A DNA stretch of 64,000 bases. It comes from Candidatus Moranbacteria bacterium GW2011_GWC2_40_12 (GTDB lineage: Bacteria; Patescibacteriota; Minisyncoccia; Moranbacterales; UBA11712). Positions 60,162 to 64,000 of the stretch are shown piece after piece (position 1 is the first letter of the stretch; each line of letters starts with the position of its first letter). Both the position numbers and the translations under genes were made by a program. Where the stretch lies: the NCBI GenBank assembly GCA_000995965.1, contig LBYD01000002.1, positions 71,889 to 135,888 on the forward strand, in the 5' to 3' direction. The notes below the pieces were generated by a model. It ran no database searches and had not been told where the DNA came from. It was given only the letters and a program-made list of their open reading frames with translations.

Positions 60162-61742
60162 TTATTTTTTTGTGTTCAATAATCTTACAACCCCTCGAAC
60201 GGCGTCCACTTCAATTTCGTCTCCTGTCCTGACAATTCTCGTGGCAATTCGAGTGCCAACAACGCAGGGCAGTTTGAATTCACGGCTAATGATCGCTGCG
60301 TGGCAGGACATTCCGCCTTCATCCGTCACCACCGCGGTAGCTTTCCGGAACACGGGAATAAATTCTATTGTGGTCATATAAGTGACCAGAATTTCTCCTT
60401 TTTTGAATTCCGAAATTCCCGACGCGTCTTCAAGCACTCTGGCAATTCCCCGGATTTTCCCTCTCGAGGCTGCCAATCCTTTGAACTGCGAAATGTTCGC
60501 ATATTTTTTGAACGGCTCACCGATGTTTTCTTTTCTTATCAACACTTCGATATTTTTTTTGCCGGAAATGATATTCATTTCTCCCTTTTTTATAACAATC
60601 CCAAATCCATTCTTTTGCCTGTCAGCAATTTCTTTTTTTGAAATTATTTTTCCGGTCTTCAAAAATTCTCCGACTTCGGGATACGAGCAATATAAGATAT
60701 CATCTCTGGTTATGCCGGCCCTTCTGGCAACTTCATCCAGCAGATTATTGTAGCTCAAAAGCGCCTTGGTGAAATATCCCTTTGCCCAGTCCCTTTGGGC
60801 AATAAGCTCCGAAAGGGCATCAAGCGCGTGCACTACGTCTTTCGGAGGCTTCAGCTCTGTGATAATTTTCTGCCTTTGCTTGTTCAGCTGGGCAAAATTA
60901 TCCAAGATTTCTCTCAACTTTTCATCTGGTTTTTGTTTAGCGACAATGGCTTGTCTGAAAAGATCAACCCATTTTTCTCTCGACCAGCCCCCACTAACAT
61001 ATTCCGTGTTGATCCACTCATATTTTTGGATATGTTTTTCAAACAATATATTTTCGCGTTTATAACTTCTCAATTTCAGCGAAATATTTTTGTTGTTTTC
61101 ATTTTCAAATAAGCTTCTAATTTTTTTATTTTTATAAAGTTCCAACGCGACTTGATGGAAATTCTTCTGTTCGGTAAAAGCAACAGTCTCGCCCGTGTTG
61201 ACGGAAAGCAGTTCTTTGTAGGCTTGAAATTCCCTCTCTTTTTTCAATTCTTTCAGGCGTTTTCTCAAAAATTTGATTATCCGCCAGTTTTCATCAAAGC
61301 ACGCTTCAATTCCCCAAAGCTGAACGGTTATCAAAGGGCAGGCCATTATCGCTTCGATAAATCCGTCGTAAAGTTTTTTTAATTCATTATTCGACAGCAA
61401 GGACAAATTGTCCTGGTCGATTTCCATGCATTTGAAAAATACCGCACCGAATATTTCATTTGTTCTTTTTCCGAAATCCCCGACAAAGTTAGGATTACTG
61501 TCGATGCTTCTTTGGACATCTTTGTATTTGTCTTTGCTTGAAAACTGGTTTTTGTCATAGAAAACATAGCAGCCTTTCCCGGGAACACCGACGACTATCT
61601 GGCAGTCGAACCAAAAGTTGACCACCGGCGCCCAGCCCCTGCCTTTCATCCCGTGCATGAGAAAACTGAAGTGATGAAGGCTGGCATTTCTCCGATGCGC
61701 CCAGAACCAGATTACTTTTTTGCTATTTTTTTTCTTGGCCAT
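60162..61742 (-). CDS. Helical domain + PEP-utilizer mobile (phospho-His swivel) protein
   Basis: C-terminal GEILVTYMTT...VTDEGGMSCHAAIISREFKLPC...GDEIEVDA. Confidence 0.9.
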   Translation of the reverse strand: MAKKKNSKKVIWFWAHRRNASLHHFSFLMHGMKGRGWAPVVNFWFDCQIVVGVPGKGCYVFYDKNQFSSKDKYKDVQRSIDSNPNFVGDFGKRTNEIFGAVFFKCMEIDQDNLSLLSNNELKKLYDGFIEAIMACPLITVQLWGIEACFDENWRIIKFLRKRLKELKKEREFQAYKELLSVNTGETVAFTEQKNFHQVALELYKNKKIRSLFENENNKNISLKLRSYKRENILFEKHIQKYEWINTEYVSGGWSREKWVDLFRQAIVAKQKPDEKLREILDNFAQLNKQRQKIITELKPPKDVVHALDALSELIAQRDWAKGYFTKALLSYNNLLDEVARRAGITRDDILYCSYPEVGEFLKTGKIISKKEIADRQKNGFGIVIKKGEMNIISGKKNIEVLIRKENIGEPFKKYANISQFKGLAASRGKIRGIARVLEDASGISEFKKGEILVTYMTTIEFIPVFRKATAVVTDEGGMSCHAAIISREFKLPCVVGTRIATRIVRTGDEIEVDAVRGVVRLLNTKK

Positions 61743-62646
61743 GTTTCATTTTTTCTAAATCAATTAAACCCTCAAATTTTTTTCCCGGATAAAATTCTCC
61801 TGCCACTTTAATTTTGGGAGGATCGGAATTAATAAAATCTATCTCAAATGATCCTGATTCCCTAATAATTCCACCAGTTTTTTTGAAGAATTCTTCCGAC
61901 GCCAGTTCCTCTGCGCTCATCCCATCCTCAAAAACCAAATATTTTTTGAGAAATGCCATCACCGGAAAAGAATGCGTCACATCAATCTGGAGATACGGAT
62001 CGCCGGCAGGCTGTTTGCCTCCGGCTTCTTTTTGCCTGTCCAATAAATTCAGATGATGGCTAAATCCAAAATAGCGCTTCGCAAAAATATCTGCAAGCTC
62101 ACCGTAGGTCGTTTCAAAGCGCCTGGCCGGAAACGGATCATTTTCTTCATCAAACATTTCGGACAAAACCTTCATATCCATCCTGTTCCTTATTTCCGCT
62201 TCTTTTGCTTCGCCATTTAGATCCGGATATTCTTTTTCTATCTCTTCAACAATCATTGGCTGCATTTCTTTCTGCATAGCGACAATCCTGCCAAGATCCG
62301 CTGCGTACTTTTTTTCCTTGGCGTCTTCGAGCGGTTGAAATGGCACTTCAAGTTTTTCATCTTTTCTGATATATTCTTTGGTCCGATGGCTCGTGCCACT
62401 CAATTCCTCCTGGGCGATATTCGCTGTATCCACAGCTCTTTGCACAGAGCTTGTAGCAACTCGGGCAAGCCCGATCCCATCCTTAGCATCCAATTTATCA
62501 AAGCCTTGCCTGACTGAATCATCAAAATACGCAGCTTTGGCATTTTTTTCTCCCGCCGCGCTAAGTTTCGGACCGTGGCGAAAAACAATAACTCTCAAAG
62601 TCACTTTTCCCTTGCTATCAAGATTTATTTCTTTTTCTATTGACAC
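61723..62646 (-). CDS. Histidine phosphatase superfamily-like protein
   Basis: VFRHG, TSSVQRAVDT and DVTH motifs. Confidence 0.7.
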   Translation of the reverse strand: MSIEKEINLDSKGKVTLRVIVFRHGPKLSAAGEKNAKAAYFDDSVRQGFDKLDAKDGIGLARVATSSVQRAVDTANIAQEELSGTSHRTKEYIRKDEKLEVPFQPLEDAKEKKYAADLGRIVAMQKEMQPMIVEEIEKEYPDLNGEAKEAEIRNRMDMKVLSEMFDEENDPFPARRFETTYGELADIFAKRYFGFSHHLNLLDRQKEAGGKQPAGDPYLQIDVTHSFPVMAFLKKYLVFEDGMSAEELASEEFFKKTGGIIRESGSFEIDFINSDPPKIKVAGEFYPGKKFEGLIDLEKMKHGQEKK

Positions 62647-64000
62647 TATTTTTTCCTTTTTATTATCTTGATTATACCACGATCCGCGTCCACTTCCACG
62701 AGATCGCCATCGTGCAAAACTTTGGTCGCGATTTTCGTGCCGATGATGCAGGGCTTGTTAAGCTCGCGTGAAACAATCGAGGCGTGCGAAGTAATACCTC
62801 CCTCATTGGTGACAAAAGCGCCGGCTCGTTCCATAAGAGGAATAAAATCCACCGAGGTCATGGCAGTGACAATAATATCGCCGTCTTTGAATTTTCCAAA
62901 ATCTTTTTTTTCCAGAATTATTTTAGCTGTCCCCACTATTTTCCCCTTATTTGCTATCATACCTTTGATTTCCCCGCCCACTGATATTTTATCCTCGTCT
63001 TTGATGCTATTTATTTCATCAATGAAAGGCACTATTTCTTTCTTCGTCAGGATTTTGTAACCTGGCAATGCATCGGCATAAATAATTCCCGTCCAATCTC
63101 TATTTTTAATTATTCGAGCAATTTTTTTGTCATTTTCAAAATGCAACTTGAAAATTTCCTCAGGTGTCAACTTCCAGCAATCCCTCCAATCTTTCGATTC
63201 ATTATCCAGCGCAATTTCTTTGAATAATGGCCGATAAGCAAGACTGGCCCGGCAGAATACATATTTGCGATATTCATTGAGGATTGTTCCTACTTGCAAA
63301 ACCTCGGCCAGCTGCGTAATTTCGGCATTCTTTTTCTCTTTGAGTTTTCTCTTCGCTATTTTTATTTTTTCTTTATGGTTTTGCAGTATATTTTCTTTCT
63401 CTTTTTTGCAATCATACTTATTGAGCGCCATCAGTTGTTTCATTATGTCCTTTCTCGTCCACGGATCCTCATTGAAATTCACAGGTACAAAATGATACTT
63501 CGCATAATATTTTTCGAAAATCTCTGAAGCTTTCGGAAATTTTTTTATATTATTTGTCTTTATCCCGTGTTTTCGTAAATATATGCATAAATCGAGCAAA
63601 TCAAGCCGAGATTCCACTAGGGGGGTGTGTTTTGGAGGGTAAGTGATTTCCGCAACCAGAAATTCAAGCTCATTCTGGCCAATATTCGGATAATATAATC
63701 TTAATTTATCAACCAGCAATCCGTGGACGAGTCTCCCGATAGCCGTGGTTATATATAGCCCCGCCGACAAATTGAGATTGGCCTTTATGTAGTTTTTATA
63801 TTCCCGCTCGCCCGCCTTTTTTTCCAATGCATCACTTGCTCCCAATAAATTATTGCCGTGTTTTTGGTAAGCTGATTGTAGTTTTCCAAATTTAGCTGGA
63901 TTCAAACATATTTCGCAAATTTTTTTGTGATAATTGTCTGAATTATCTTGGCTATGATGAGCAAACATGATTGATCCGTTTTTTACGACGAATAAGTGTT
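62646..64000 (-). CDS. Helical domain + PEP-utilizer mobile (phospho-His swivel) protein, 5' end beyond the window
   Basis: GDIIVTAMTS...VTNEGGITSHASIVSRELNKPC...GDLVEVDA; the frame stays open upstream of 63968 to the window end. Confidence 0.88.
   Translation of the reverse strand, partial: HLFVVKNGSIMFAHHSQDNSDNYHKKICEICLNPAKFGKLQSAYQKHGNNLLGASDALEKKAGEREYKNYIKANLNLSAGLYITTAIGRLVHGLLVDKLRLYYPNIGQNELEFLVAEITYPPKHTPLVESRLDLLDLCIYLRKHGIKTNNIKKFPKASEIFEKYYAKYHFVPVNFNEDPWTRKDIMKQLMALNKYDCKKEKENILQNHKEKIKIAKRKLKEKKNAEITQLAEVLQVGTILNEYRKYVFCRASLAYRPLFKEIALDNESKDWRDCWKLTPEEIFKLHFENDKKIARIIKNRDWTGIIYADALPGYKILTKKEIVPFIDEINSIKDEDKISVGGEIKGMIANKGKIVGTAKIILEKKDFGKFKDGDIIVTAMTSVDFIPLMERAGAFVTNEGGITSHASIVSRELNKPCIIGTKIATKVLHDGDLVEVDADRGIIKIIKRKK

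Overview
This is a gene-dense bacterial chromosome segment, mostly on the minus strand and using the standard genetic code. Its gene content (lamin-tail proteins, DUF3048, tandem PilB ATPase, degenerate DHH protein, TrmB, LemA/HtpX) suggests an anaerobic Patescibacteria/CPR genome; this is inference. Core genes are dnaG (partial), ahcY with a PfkB/adenosine kinase, tRNA-Ser(GGA), ppsA, pyk, murE, a FemABX protein, ruvA, rpsT, holA, mutM, polA, tsaE and ruvB. Accessory parts include an AbiEi/AbiEii plus Schlafen/AlbA_2 islet, a GIY-YIG gene bracketed by a duplicated tRNA 5' end, and a gene bracketed by a 63-bp duplication of the ppsA 3' end. The most striking region is 53.8-64 kb, a co-oriented cluster that runs off the window. 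It holds one stand-alone PEP-synthase/PPDK ATP-grasp subunit, at least three different 'large helical domain + phospho-His swivel' proteins, two histidine-phosphatase-family proteins, a SAM methyltransferase and a frameshifted AsnB-like amidotransferase, and is a candidate split modular dikinase system. Other notable signals are short CCGCC-N3-GGCGG palindromes inserted in-frame in housekeeping genes, a promoter-driven structured ncRNA candidate upstream of ruvB, heptamer-repeat hairpins and a ToxR-like wHTH-TM-FGE/CLec protein. All family assignments come from motif recognition by eye; no database searches were run.
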